A DNA stretch of 64,000 nt from Clostridia bacterium (GTDB taxonomy: Bacteria > Bacillota > Clostridia > Oscillospirales > CAG-272), in contig JAFTCN010000058.1 of assembly GCA_017454675.1 (NCBI GenBank), positions 3,185-67,184 of the forward strand. The letters run 5' to 3'. Of this stretch, positions 51,758 through 60,720 are shown one piece after another (the stretch's first letter is position 1; each line of letters begins with the position of its first letter). A program made the position numbers and the translations under genes. The notes beneath the pieces are model-generated. The model saw only the letters and a list, made by a program, of their open reading frames with translations, ran no database searches and was not told where the DNA came from.

Positions 51758-54268
51758 TTACGGAGTCCCGAAACGCACCTCGAGCGACGACGCGACGGCG
51801 ATATCCGCGTCGAGTTCGAGCGCTCCGTCGGTCCTGGCAAATCCGATCTTCCTTCCGTCAGCCGTTACCGAAGTCGCGCCCTCTCTGCCGACGGCGATCC
51901 TTCGTACGTCGAGCCGTCCGTCGATGATCTTCATCTCGAGCGACGAATCACCGATCTTTACCGTCCCCCACGCGGTCCCGCAGAACCAGGGGCAGTACAG
52001 TTCGCCACCGGACGGAGGTCTGAAGCCGACGGTCTTTTGCGGAAGGTCGAAGACGAAGCCGGAAAAGAGCGGCACGAGAGCGAAGCTCGCCATCGATCTC
52101 GCGTAGTTCGAGCCGCATTCGATCTCGTTGTACGGGTCGCGTTTTTCTCCGTCGTATCTGTCCCTCACGGCTCTTATGAGCGTGAGTCCCTCTTCTGTCA
52201 TCCCTTCGGATATCATAAGTCCTGCGAGTGCGTATTCGAAGCCGTGCATCGTCTCCTCGCAGTACGGGACGGGGATCCAGGGCTTTACCGCCCCTTCGGG
52301 ATAGTCGCACATGACTGTGCCCGACTCGTCGTAAAGGCCGAACAGGCGCCAGGGATTCGCGAACTCACGCAGCGACTTTTTGTAATTGTTCCGGAAGAGA
52401 GACTTGAGCGCCGTTCTCCTGTTTTCCCGGTCGAAAATGTCTCCGAGACCGCAGATCGTGGCGTGCCACTGGCCGAGCAGCTGGTCGATCTCGCAGCCCT
52501 CGCCGATCTGGTATTTTATCTCGCCCGTCTCGGGGTTCCAGTATTCTCCCGCTCCGTATCTTTCAGTGAGCTCTCTGTCCTTCAGGTCGATCTTCTGGAT
52601 GTAATAGCTGCCGTTGAAGAGTTCCTTTTCGGTCCGGGCGGATCCCTTCCCGAACAGCTCCGCATATTCCTCCGCCTTTTCCTTCATGCCGAGAGCACAG
52701 GCCATCACGGAGGCGGCCTTCAGCGCAGCGAGATACATACCCTCAAGCCAGGCCGACGGCCCGAACAGCTCTGTGTCGAGCGTATGGTGCTGTCTGCCCT
52801 CGAGGAGTCCGTCCCTGTCCTTATCCCAACCAAGCGGCGAGTCGGCGCTCCAGGCGTATTCCAGGGCCTTTCTGACCGAAGGGAAGAGCGAGCGCATCCA
52901 CTCCGTGTCTCCGGAGAGTTTCCATTCGCGGCAGACCTTGATCACGCCGCCCATCTGGCCGTCGAGGCAGGGCATGTCCCAGCCCTTTTCGCGCCCGGGA
53001 GGCAGCGCCATGCGGAAGCAGAGATGGCCGTCCTCGAACTGATTGTAGCGGTAGTCGTTCTCCCGCATCGACCTCTCGAGGTCGGGGAACAGGAATGCGG
53101 CCGCGTAGGCGTAGTTCCAGACGTGGGTGCAAGAGCCCTCGCAGCTGCCTCTGCGCTCGCCGCAGCCCTCCCAGCCGTAGAGCGAGCCGTCCTCGAGCCT
53201 TGTCACGGTAGGTGACTTTAGCACCGAGAGCGTCGATGACACCGCGTCGGTCACCGCGGGATCGAGCGTCGACGAGAACAGCGCATCCCGAAACGCGCCG
53301 GTGCCCGCGAAGAGCCTGTCCCATTCGCGCATGGCATAGACGGCGGATGAGCCCGAGTCGGGCCACTTCGTCGCGTACCAGTTCTTCCATGTGACGTCGC
53401 AGCCGTTTTCGTCTTTGTACGGTTTCCAGTAGTTGAAGTTGTCCGGTATGCTCCACGAGAGCACGAAGCGCACTTTCGCGCTGCCGCCCGGAGCGACATC
53501 CACCGAAGCCGACAGCGTGCAGTGATCCTTTTTGCCTGCGTCGGGATAATCGCGACGGCGCATCGACGGCTGAGTCGAGAATTCGCGCCAGTATGTGGCA
53601 ATGCCGTCCTGCCAGCCGCCTCTGTACCAGTAAAGCTGCTCCGACGCCGACGGGCAGTCGGTGACGAGAGTCAGATCACAGTTCGTCCCGGGCTGCTCCA
53701 TCCTGATGCCGGTGAGCCCGCGCTCTCCTTCGAGCGGACGGTTCAATGACGGAGTGAAGGGATTCGCGGCACAGAAGTTGACGGTATACGTGAGCGCGCG
53801 GCCGGAGGTGTTCGTAAGCCCCACTTCGAAGAAAGCTGCCGGTATGCTTGAATCGCCGGAATTCAGCGGAATGAGCGGGTTGAACGCCGTGAGCTTCACG
53901 GAGGCGGGAAAGTGCGGATCGGAGAAAGAGAGTTCCGCCACCGGAAACTCTCCCAGGAATTCGCACGACGAGAAATGCGGGAAGCCTCCCATCGTGCCCT
54001 TCGCCAGACCGAATCCGAATCCGTTTCCGTGCTGGCCCGCAAAGTCGCAGTACATGTCACCTGCCAGGACGCGCGCGTCGACGGTCCTGTCTCCGCTCGA
54101 CGCCTTGACCGCGAGGTGAGAGTACCCGTTCAGGCTCCCCTTGTTCGGCCTGTTGAATATCTCCCAGTCCATAAGTCTCCCGTTTCCTCCGAGCCCTATG
54201 CATCCGGTCCCGATCCCGCCGAGAGGGAAGGATATCTGTGACGTTTTTTTGCCTTTGTACAGCGGCAT
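51758..54268 (-). CDS. Glycoside hydrolase family 116 (GBA2-type beta-glucosidase/glucosylceramidase-like)
   Basis: 836 aa. The N-terminal FPLGGIGTGCIGLGGNGRLMDWEIFNRPNKG is the hallmark of the GH116 N-terminal domain. It is followed by an (alpha/alpha)6-type C-terminal region. Confidence 0.85.
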   Translation of the reverse strand: MPLYKGKKTSQISFPLGGIGTGCIGLGGNGRLMDWEIFNRPNKGSLNGYSHLAVKASSGDRTVDARVLAGDMYCDFAGQHGNGFGFGLAKGTMGGFPHFSSCEFLGEFPVAELSFSDPHFPASVKLTAFNPLIPLNSGDSSIPAAFFEVGLTNTSGRALTYTVNFCAANPFTPSLNRPLEGERGLTGIRMEQPGTNCDLTLVTDCPSASEQLYWYRGGWQDGIATYWREFSTQPSMRRRDYPDAGKKDHCTLSASVDVAPGGSAKVRFVLSWSIPDNFNYWKPYKDENGCDVTWKNWYATKWPDSGSSAVYAMREWDRLFAGTGAFRDALFSSTLDPAVTDAVSSTLSVLKSPTVTRLEDGSLYGWEGCGERRGSCEGSCTHVWNYAYAAAFLFPDLERSMRENDYRYNQFEDGHLCFRMALPPGREKGWDMPCLDGQMGGVIKVCREWKLSGDTEWMRSLFPSVRKALEYAWSADSPLGWDKDRDGLLEGRQHHTLDTELFGPSAWLEGMYLAALKAASVMACALGMKEKAEEYAELFGKGSARTEKELFNGSYYIQKIDLKDRELTERYGAGEYWNPETGEIKYQIGEGCEIDQLLGQWHATICGLGDIFDRENRRTALKSLFRNNYKKSLREFANPWRLFGLYDESGTVMCDYPEGAVKPWIPVPYCEETMHGFEYALAGLMISEGMTEEGLTLIRAVRDRYDGEKRDPYNEIECGSNYARSMASFALVPLFSGFVFDLPQKTVGFRPPSGGELYCPWFCGTAWGTVKIGDSSLEMKIIDGRLDVRRIAVGREGATSVTADGRKIGFARTDGALELDADIAVASSLEVRFGTP

Positions 54269-54285
54269 CTTTGATTCCCCCTTTT

Positions 54286-54624
54286 TTATTTTCCGTATCC
54301 GACTTCAGGATCGACGAAGAAGCGCGGCTTCTTTCCCGCGAGATATCTTGCATAATCCGACACGACCATCGCGGGGCTGTCGCTGTAGGCGTTAAGAGTA
54401 TCGCCTCCGCGGTGCGTCGTGAGCGTGACGTTGTCGAGCGATGCGAAGGGATAGCCGGGAGGCGTCGGTTCGGTCGGGTGCACCTCGAGCGCCGCTCCGG
54501 CGATCCCGAAATCCACCACCTTCAGACTGTATTCGGGATACGACGAAAAGCATTCTTCGTAGTATTCTTTTTTGATGTAAACGTCGCTGACTGCCACCGC
54601 TTTCATGAGTTTCCCCTTTCGCAA
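54286..54624 (-). pseudogene. Short ORF derived from a D-isomer-specific 2-hydroxyacid dehydrogenase, lacking the NAD-binding core
   Basis: 112 aa. An N-terminal MKAVAVSDVY... is joined to the C-terminal block GAALEVHPTEP...NVTLTTHRGG. No GxGxxG Rossmann segment lies between them. Confidence 0.4.
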
Positions 54625-54737
54625 AAGAGAGATTTATGATATAATTATAATATCAAAACGGCGGGATGTCAACAGCCGGAAGTCCGGCCGGGCGAACTTG
54701 GCCCGCGGGGAGACCGCTGTCAGGAGGAAAGAAAAAA

Positions 54738-55667
54738 GTGAAGAGAAGAAGTACGGTAAAGCCGGCAGCCCTTCGGCCGGGGGATCAGATCAGGATAATA
54801 TCGCCCTGCAAATCGATGACGAGGGAGGGGATCGGCCCGTGCGCACAGGCAATTGCCGACGCCGGATACCGCGTGAGCTTCGGCGAGCACACATTTTCGA
54901 TGACCGACGGATACGCCGCGTCGGCTGAGGAGCGCGCGGCCGACTTCAACGCCGCCGTCGCCGACCCGGACGTCTCGATGATCCTCTTCCCGGGAGGCGA
55001 GATCAGCAACGAGATCATTCCGCTCATCGACTACGGGGCGATAGCCGCGCATCCCAAGATCATCTCGAGCTACAGCGACGGCACGTCGGTCCTCAACCCG
55101 GTGACATATATGACCGGCCTCGTGACCTTCTACGGCGGCTCCACCCGGCTTTTCGAGCCGGTGACCGAATACAACATGCAGGGTTTTTTGCGGCGTCTGG
55201 TGCAGGGCTCGACCGAATACACGCCTGCGTCTGATTGGCGGGTGATAAGGCCCGGCAGCGGCAGCGGTGTGCTCTGCGGAGGATACACGGTAAACTTCGA
55301 TTCCCTCATAGGCCTTCCGCAGTTCGGCTTTCCCGACAGGGACTATATCCTGATCCTCGAGGACCACGAGAGGTTTTCGTCGCCGAAGGTGGAGTCGAAA
55401 TGGCTGAACGACCTTCTGCAGAAGGGGGCGTTCGACAGGGCGAAGGCTGTGATCTTCGGCCACTATTCCTCCGACCCGGAAAAGCTTGAAAAACTCTTCC
55501 CGGTGCTCCGCCGCATCTCCGACAGGATAAAGATCCCGTTCGTCTACACCGACGACTTCGGCCACGGAGCGAACATGGCTCTTTTCCCGCTCGGCACCGC
55601 GGCCTCGCTCGAGGCCGGCGTCGACTCGGTGAAGTTCTCCTTCCTCGAGCCGGCAGTCGAGATATAA
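54738..55667 (+). CDS. LD-carboxypeptidase (S66 family, LdcA/MccF-like)
   Basis: LRPGDQIRIISP at the N-terminus and a GGEISNEIIPLIDY region. The Ser-type block YSDGTSVL and C-terminal FGH are present. GTG 54738 sits 10 nt after AGGAGG. Confidence 0.75.
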   Translation: MKRRSTVKPAALRPGDQIRIISPCKSMTREGIGPCAQAIADAGYRVSFGEHTFSMTDGYAASAEERAADFNAAVADPDVSMILFPGGEISNEIIPLIDYGAIAAHPKIISSYSDGTSVLNPVTYMTGLVTFYGGSTRLFEPVTEYNMQGFLRRLVQGSTEYTPASDWRVIRPGSGSGVLCGGYTVNFDSLIGLPQFGFPDRDYILILEDHERFSSPKVESKWLNDLLQKGAFDRAKAVIFGHYSSDPEKLEKLFPVLRRISDRIKIPFVYTDDFGHGANMALFPLGTAASLEAGVDSVKFSFLEPAVEI

Positions 55668-55679
55668 GATCTATACGGC

Positions 55680-55716
55680 AAAAAGGCTTCCGCAGTCAGG
55701 CGGAGGCCTTTCTTCA
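55680..55716. terminator. Bidirectional terminator between convergent genes
   Basis: AAAGGCTTCCGC-agtcag-GCGGAGGCCTTT, with flanking A and T tracts. Confidence 0.6.
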
Positions 55717-55723
55717 GATTTTC

Positions 55724-57181
55724 TCAGTTGTCTGCCAGGTTGTATGCGTTCTTCATCTTTACCGTCGCGGTGCGGAGCGTCTTTGCGAGAGTGTCGGCGG
55801 TGAGCTTTTTTACCGCGCTGCAGATCTCGTCGTTCGCGGCCTCGGCGAGCGAAAAGTCGCCGTCCGCCATCTTTTCGTCGTACTCGCGGATGATCCGTCT
55901 GCCTTCGGCGGCAACGGCGCCGATGTAGCGGTCGATCTGCTGGATGGTGTCGGGGAAGTGCGGGTCGCAGATGACGGCGAGCAGCCGGCTGTTCCAGTAC
56001 AGGTTGTCGGTCGAGACCTCTGACATGACGCCCGAGAGATAGTCGGGTATCCTGCCCACGTTCGAGTATACCGGCACGGCGGCCGAGAAGGTGGTGGGTC
56101 CGAAGCAGATCCATTCGATGCCGCGGATCGCGTCGGGCACGCCGTTTCTGATCTGGCAGATCGACGTAACTCCGGTCCGGTTGATGCCGATAGAGCGGTA
56201 CATTCCGCGCTTTCCGGTGTCGCGACTGATGTAGGGGTCGTACTCGGTGCCCTGATAGTGCGACGAGAGCATGTATTTCACGTCCTCGGGAGCTATCTTG
56301 CGGTCGGGGACGAGGCACCACGGTATATTGTCGCTCTCGGGCGTGAACTCGGCGTCCGGCCCGTCCCATTTGTGCGAGTGCGGCGTGAGATATCTGCCCA
56401 TGAACCACGCGCGGGGGGTGTTGTAGACCCTGTCGGTGTCGGATCGCGAGCCGAAGACAAGGCGGGGGTCGAATCTTCCGCCGTCGTTCGCGTCGAGCGA
56501 ATTGTCGGCGATGAACGAACGGAGGTCGGAAGAGCAGAGGTGCTCCTTCTTCGCTCCGAGCGCGTCGTTAAGGTCGAAGCTGTCTGTGCCGAACTGGTTC
56601 GGATTTATCGCTACCGCGTCGTCGGGCAGCTTCTTTGCGATCCAGTGGTGTCCGCCTATCGTCTCGAGCCACCAGACCTCGTCCCGGTCGTTGAACGCGA
56701 TGCCGTTCGATTCGTATGTGCCGTATTTCTCGAGCAGCGAGCCGAGGCGAAGAACGCCCTCCCTTGCGCTCTTGATGTACGGGAGCACGAGAACGACGAA
56801 GTCCTCCTCGCCGAGCCCTCCCGGGACCGCCGGCTTTCTTCCGGCAGCCGGTCTGTAGATCACGAACGGATCTGCCGCGACGACGCGCGGGTTCGTCGTT
56901 ATCGTCTCGGTGGCCGTCATGCCGACGTTCGCCGAGTTTATCCCTGTCGCCGCCCAGATGCCGTGCGTGCGGTCGACGCTGGGGCAGAACGTGGCGCGGA
57001 GAGGGTCTCCGGGGAGGTCGATCTCGAGGTGCGAGATCACGCTTTTGTATTTCTTCGGGTATTTGCCCGGATCTGTGACCGTCAGCTTTTTGACGTCGAT
57101 TCCGCCGTCGTCGGTCCTGGCGATCATGGTGGAGCCGTCGGGACTTGCATTTTTCCCTACGAGTACCGTTGTGCAGGCCAT
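55724..57181 (-). CDS. C69 family dipeptidase
   Basis: MACTTVLVGKNASPDGSTMIARTDD has the N-terminal nucleophile Cys typical of peptidase C69 (PepD-like). ATG 57181 follows AAGGAA. Confidence 0.85.
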   Translation of the reverse strand: MACTTVLVGKNASPDGSTMIARTDDGGIDVKKLTVTDPGKYPKKYKSVISHLEIDLPGDPLRATFCPSVDRTHGIWAATGINSANVGMTATETITTNPRVVAADPFVIYRPAAGRKPAVPGGLGEEDFVVLVLPYIKSAREGVLRLGSLLEKYGTYESNGIAFNDRDEVWWLETIGGHHWIAKKLPDDAVAINPNQFGTDSFDLNDALGAKKEHLCSSDLRSFIADNSLDANDGGRFDPRLVFGSRSDTDRVYNTPRAWFMGRYLTPHSHKWDGPDAEFTPESDNIPWCLVPDRKIAPEDVKYMLSSHYQGTEYDPYISRDTGKRGMYRSIGINRTGVTSICQIRNGVPDAIRGIEWICFGPTTFSAAVPVYSNVGRIPDYLSGVMSEVSTDNLYWNSRLLAVICDPHFPDTIQQIDRYIGAVAAEGRRIIREYDEKMADGDFSLAEAANDEICSAVKKLTADTLAKTLRTATVKMKNAYNLADN

Positions 57182-57207
57182 AATTCTGTTTCCTTCTTTC
57201 ACAGATA

Positions 57208-57232
57208 GGGCCGCCGCGTTCGGCGGCGGCCC
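57208..57232 (-). terminator. GC hairpin downstream of the 57262-58104 gene
   Basis: GGGCCGCCG-(7 nt loop)-CGGCGGCCC, with a weak T-tract. Confidence 0.45.
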
Positions 57233-57261
57233 GGTATGTCACGAATACTGTCGCCCGCGGC

Positions 57262-58104
57262 TCAATCCGCCGCGGCGGTATCTTCCGGAGTCTCGGTATT
57301 GCCGGAGGGGACGGTGACGGCCCCTTCCTCGGCTTCTCTCAGGGCTCTGGCTTCGCATGTCTTGCAGAGCCGGGTCTTGCCGTTCTCTATGGCGGTGGAC
57401 GACGTGCCCTTGAAGAGTTCCACGGTATTGTTGAGGTGCGAGCAGTCGTCATAGGCATGGAACACCGTGCCGCTGGCGGTCCAGTAAACGGTCTCGATGT
57501 CTGCGTTCTCGAGCATCTCCTGCTGGGAGAGGGGATTCCAGTCGTAGCTGAACAGGCCGGCTATGACCAGCGCCGCAACTGCGACGACAGCCGCTATCGT
57601 CTTCGACTTCTTGTCGGCGTTCTTGTCGGTCAGAACGATGATGATGAAGGGCGCGAATGCGATGACCGAAACTATGACTCCGAGGTTGTTGTGCAGCCAG
57701 AAGCGGACCTTGTTCTTCTTCGACGCGGGATCGAGGTGGTTGCCCTTCTTCCAAAGGAGCGAACCCGCCACGACGAAGATCAGATCGAGCACGATGCATA
57801 CTATCCACGAGATGGTCCAGCCGGGATTCTCGACTGTGAAGGAGAATTCGATCTTGTGTGTGAAGATCAGGATCGCGAACACCTCCGCCGCGATCGCCAG
57901 AACCCAGAGTATCACGGCGAAGATGCGGTAGGGAAGCGCGTTCTTGCGCGTCGCCGCGAGCAGTTCCTCCTTGCCGATGCTCTGTCCGCCCACCTCGGTG
58001 TAGGTATGGGTGACTTTTTTCTTCTCGGTCTCTTTTTTGGCCGCGGCCGCGGCGAGAGCCTTTTTCGCGGCGTCTTTTGCCGCGTCGTTGCTGTTTTTAG
58101 CCAT
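57262..58104 (-). CDS. Membrane protein of unknown function with a C-terminal His/Cys motif domain
   Basis: Lys/Ala-rich N-terminus, four predicted TM helices, and C-terminal VYWTASGTVFHAYDDCSHL...GKTRLCKTCE. Confidence 0.6.
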   Translation of the reverse strand: MAKNSNDAAKDAAKKALAAAAAKKETEKKKVTHTYTEVGGQSIGKEELLAATRKNALPYRIFAVILWVLAIAAEVFAILIFTHKIEFSFTVENPGWTISWIVCIVLDLIFVVAGSLLWKKGNHLDPASKKNKVRFWLHNNLGVIVSVIAFAPFIIIVLTDKNADKKSKTIAAVVAVAALVIAGLFSYDWNPLSQQEMLENADIETVYWTASGTVFHAYDDCSHLNNTVELFKGTSSTAIENGKTRLCKTCEARALREAEEGAVTVPSGNTETPEDTAAAD

Positions 58105-58223
58105 TTCTTAAAACCCTCCGTAAGGCATTTTTATAACTTTAAATAATAGATCCGGGAACATTATGCTGTTTTTGAGTAAAAAGATGCGCACAGGCCTTGA
58201 TCAGTACTGTTTTTTATAGAATA

Positions 58224-58252
58224 ATTATAACATAAAGATAACTCAAAGTCAA
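58224..58252 (-). promoter_or_regulatory. Consensus promoter for the 57262-58104 gene
   Basis: On the minus strand: TTGACT, a 17 nt spacer, then TATAAT. Confidence 0.55.
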
Positions 58253-58285
58253 GCGGAAAAGAACTGCCGGAAGGTGCCGTCCGGG

Positions 58286-60121
58286 CTACATAACGGTCAG
58301 CCTGAATGTCGCCTCGCGGAATTCTCCGGATGCCAGTCTGACCCTCGTGAGCCGCTCTTTTCCCCACTCGCGCAAGAGCTTCGGCCCGAGCTCCACCGAG
58401 TCGGCCGAATACGAGAGAGTCCCGGTCCAGGCAACCACGGCGCCGGAAGATGGAAGGATGAAGCCTGCGTCCAGGGGTTGCGGGTCGTCCGGCGTCATGA
58501 GCGAGAATACCACGCTCCCGCTGTTCCTGAAAACGAAAGTGTCCTCACATACGAATCCCCCGCCGCGTATGCCGGCTTTGCGAACGAAGGAGACGAGTCC
58601 GCACTCTTCGGGATAGGCGTCCTTCAGCTCGAGTTCAAGCATGCCGCCGTCGCACGAGAGGATCTCTCCCCTGTACTTCCTGCCGTGGGGCTGCTCGTAT
58701 CCCGAGATCTCAGGCAGGTTGTGATACAGCGAGCGCATCGTCCAGAGCGTATAGCGCTTCGATGAGAAAGTGTCCCTGCAGTACTGCTCGACTCCGGCAT
58801 CGACGAACACCGGCTGCCCGTTTTTGTAGAGCACGAAGCTCCCGATATCGTTGTGGTTGTGGCTCTCGTCGTTGTGTCCGCCCTTTACCGCTGCCGCGAA
58901 AGGGCCGCCGCGCGCGATCATGACTCCGAGATCGGGGTAGAGGATGTCCCCCGGCTGTTTTCCTTCCGCCCGCTCCGGCACCGGCTCGAGCGTGTCGGTC
59001 AAAGTCCGGTACGGCGTCTGCCCCGGGAAGTATCGCCCGAAGGAGGCAGGACCCGCGCCTTCCGCCGCGAAGGAGAGGAGCTTGTCCTAGCCGCACTCCC
59101 TGCCCATCCTGGCGATGAGCGCCCTGTCGCATGAGAGGAGGTGAGACGCGTCGGCGAAGTTCACCCACGTGGTCCCGAAGAGGTTGAAGTCGGCGATGTA
59201 TTCGCACATTTTCCGGACGAAGGGATGCCCGGTAAGGTCGGTCCTTCCGCCCGTCATGTCGCGTATGATCTCGAGACAGTCGAAATACGAAGCTCCGGCG
59301 ACTGTCCAGTATCCGGGGCCTTCGTCGCAGCCGCCGTCGCCGGGATAGTCCTTCGTGAAGCGGTCGAGCAGTTCGGCCGCGCGCGATATGCTGCGGGACC
59401 TGCGTCCGTCGTCGCTCTCGCAGAGCATGACTGCTGTGAGTATGTTCGAGACGATCCAGGGAGTCCAGTTGTTCAGCTTTTCGCCCCTGTCGCCCATCCA
59501 CCAGTTCGGAGCGCCCTTCACATCGTACCAGACGTGGAAGATGCGCCGCTCGAGCAGGCTCCGGATCCGCGATCTTATGACGGGCGTGATGCCGTCAAGG
59601 ATGCCGGCTCCGAAATACCATATGACGGCGAGATCGGCGCCGGTGGCGGCGGAGAAGAGGTCGACGTTGCGCGTGTCGTCGTCACCGCCGAGGTCGAAAC
59701 AGTCGGTCAGGCAGTTTACCGGGTTTCCGTGGCATGCCTTGTTGTGCGCGGGCAGTACCCACGTGGTCTCCTCGCAGATCGCCCATACGTAGTCTGCGAG
59801 CAGGTCGGTGAAGCGGCCCCTCCCTTCGGTGAGCTCGGCGAAGAGCAGGTGCTGGGCGGCCCGCCTTCTCGCAAAATAGGGTGCCTCGTATTCGGAGCGG
59901 TTGCCGTCGCGGTGGAATCTCATATAAAGCGTCGCGGGCAGCGCGGGCACGGGCTTTGAGAGGAGCTTTTCCGCCTCCGCCACCGTTTCGGGGAGGTCGA
60001 TGAAGTCTCTGCCGGCTCCGCGGAACGGGACGAACTCCGCCGCAGGCAAAGTCTCATAAACTCCAGCGGGGCAGCGTTCCTTGAAGAGTTCGGGCATTCT
60101 TTCTACCGTCCTTTCATTCAT
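58286..60121 (-). pseudogene. Heparinase II/III-like protein interrupted by one in-frame TAG (59087-59089)
   Basis: Track ORFs 59087-60121 and 58286-59002 share a frame. Reading through gives ...RMGRECG*DKLLSFAAEG...GGHNDESHNHNDIGSFVLY, which is the heparinase II/III C-terminal motif. The N-terminal half has the alpha/alpha toroid-like region WAICEETTWVLPAHN. Confidence 0.75.
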
Positions 60122-60686
60122 TTGCCGCAGAGCCTGCGGACCTGCCGCCGCACTCGATCTCGTATCTCCGGATCTTCACGGCTCGTTTTTTGCTTTCGGT
60201 GTATTCCTCGTCGGTGCGGAGGTATCTGCCTCCGCATTTTTCGATAACTCTGATCGAGCGGACGTTCTCTTCCATGGCGTCAATTCTCACGGTGCGGTAT
60301 CCGCGTAAGAAGAGAAGATCCAGTACGGCGCGGCATGCCTCGGTCATATATCCGCGGCCCCAGTACCTCTTCGCGAGATTGTAGCCTATGACCGGCGTGC
60401 CGGTGACGCCCCCCAGGTATCCGACGACGTCGATCCCGCCGATGAGCGCGCCGGTCTCCTTCTGTTCGATCGCAAAGTTCAGCCGCTCGGGCTTTTCGTA
60501 TTCGGAGACCCACCTGGCGAGCAGCCCGCGCGTCTCATCCGCGCTCCGGTGCGTCTCCCAGGTGAGAAATTCAGTCACCTCGGGATCCGAAGTCCACCCT
60601 CTGAACATCGCTTCGGCGTCGTCCTCCCTGAAGGGCCGGAGGACAAGCCTTTCTGTTTCAAGTGTAAGTTTCATTCCTTTTGCCAA
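60114..60686 (-). CDS. GNAT family N-acetyltransferase (RimJ/RimL-like)
   Basis: LVLRPFREDDAEAMFRGWTSDPEVTEFL and RYWGRGYMTEA. Confidence 0.8.
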   Translation of the reverse strand: MAKGMKLTLETERLVLRPFREDDAEAMFRGWTSDPEVTEFLTWETHRSADETRGLLARWVSEYEKPERLNFAIEQKETGALIGGIDVVGYLGGVTGTPVIGYNLAKRYWGRGYMTEACRAVLDLLFLRGYRTVRIDAMEENVRSIRVIEKCGGRYLRTDEEYTESKKRAVKIRRYEIECGGRSAGSAANE

Positions 60687-60687
60687 A

Positions 60688-60716
60688 CGACCCCGCAGGG
60701 GAGCTGCGGGGTCGTG
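60688..60716 (-). terminator. Hairpin downstream of lysS
   Basis: ACGACCCCGCAG-gggag-CTGCGGGGTCGT. Confidence 0.5.
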
Positions 60717-60720
60717 TTAT

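Noticed and set aside
51731-53215. 494 aa plus-strand ORF overlapping GH116
   Set aside because: It is antisense to the GH116 gene, whose N-terminal signature is unambiguous, and its start would lie inside the tRNA-Leu flank.
13033-59089. Genome-wide reassignment of TAG to a sense codon (alternative genetic code)
   Set aside because: TAG appears to act as a genuine terminator at gltS (followed by a hairpin), trmH and the end of the heparinase-like gene. Only two in-frame TAGs occur across roughly 45 genes, far fewer than a reassigned codon would give. Rare suppression or nonsense mutation remains open and is reported as a finding.
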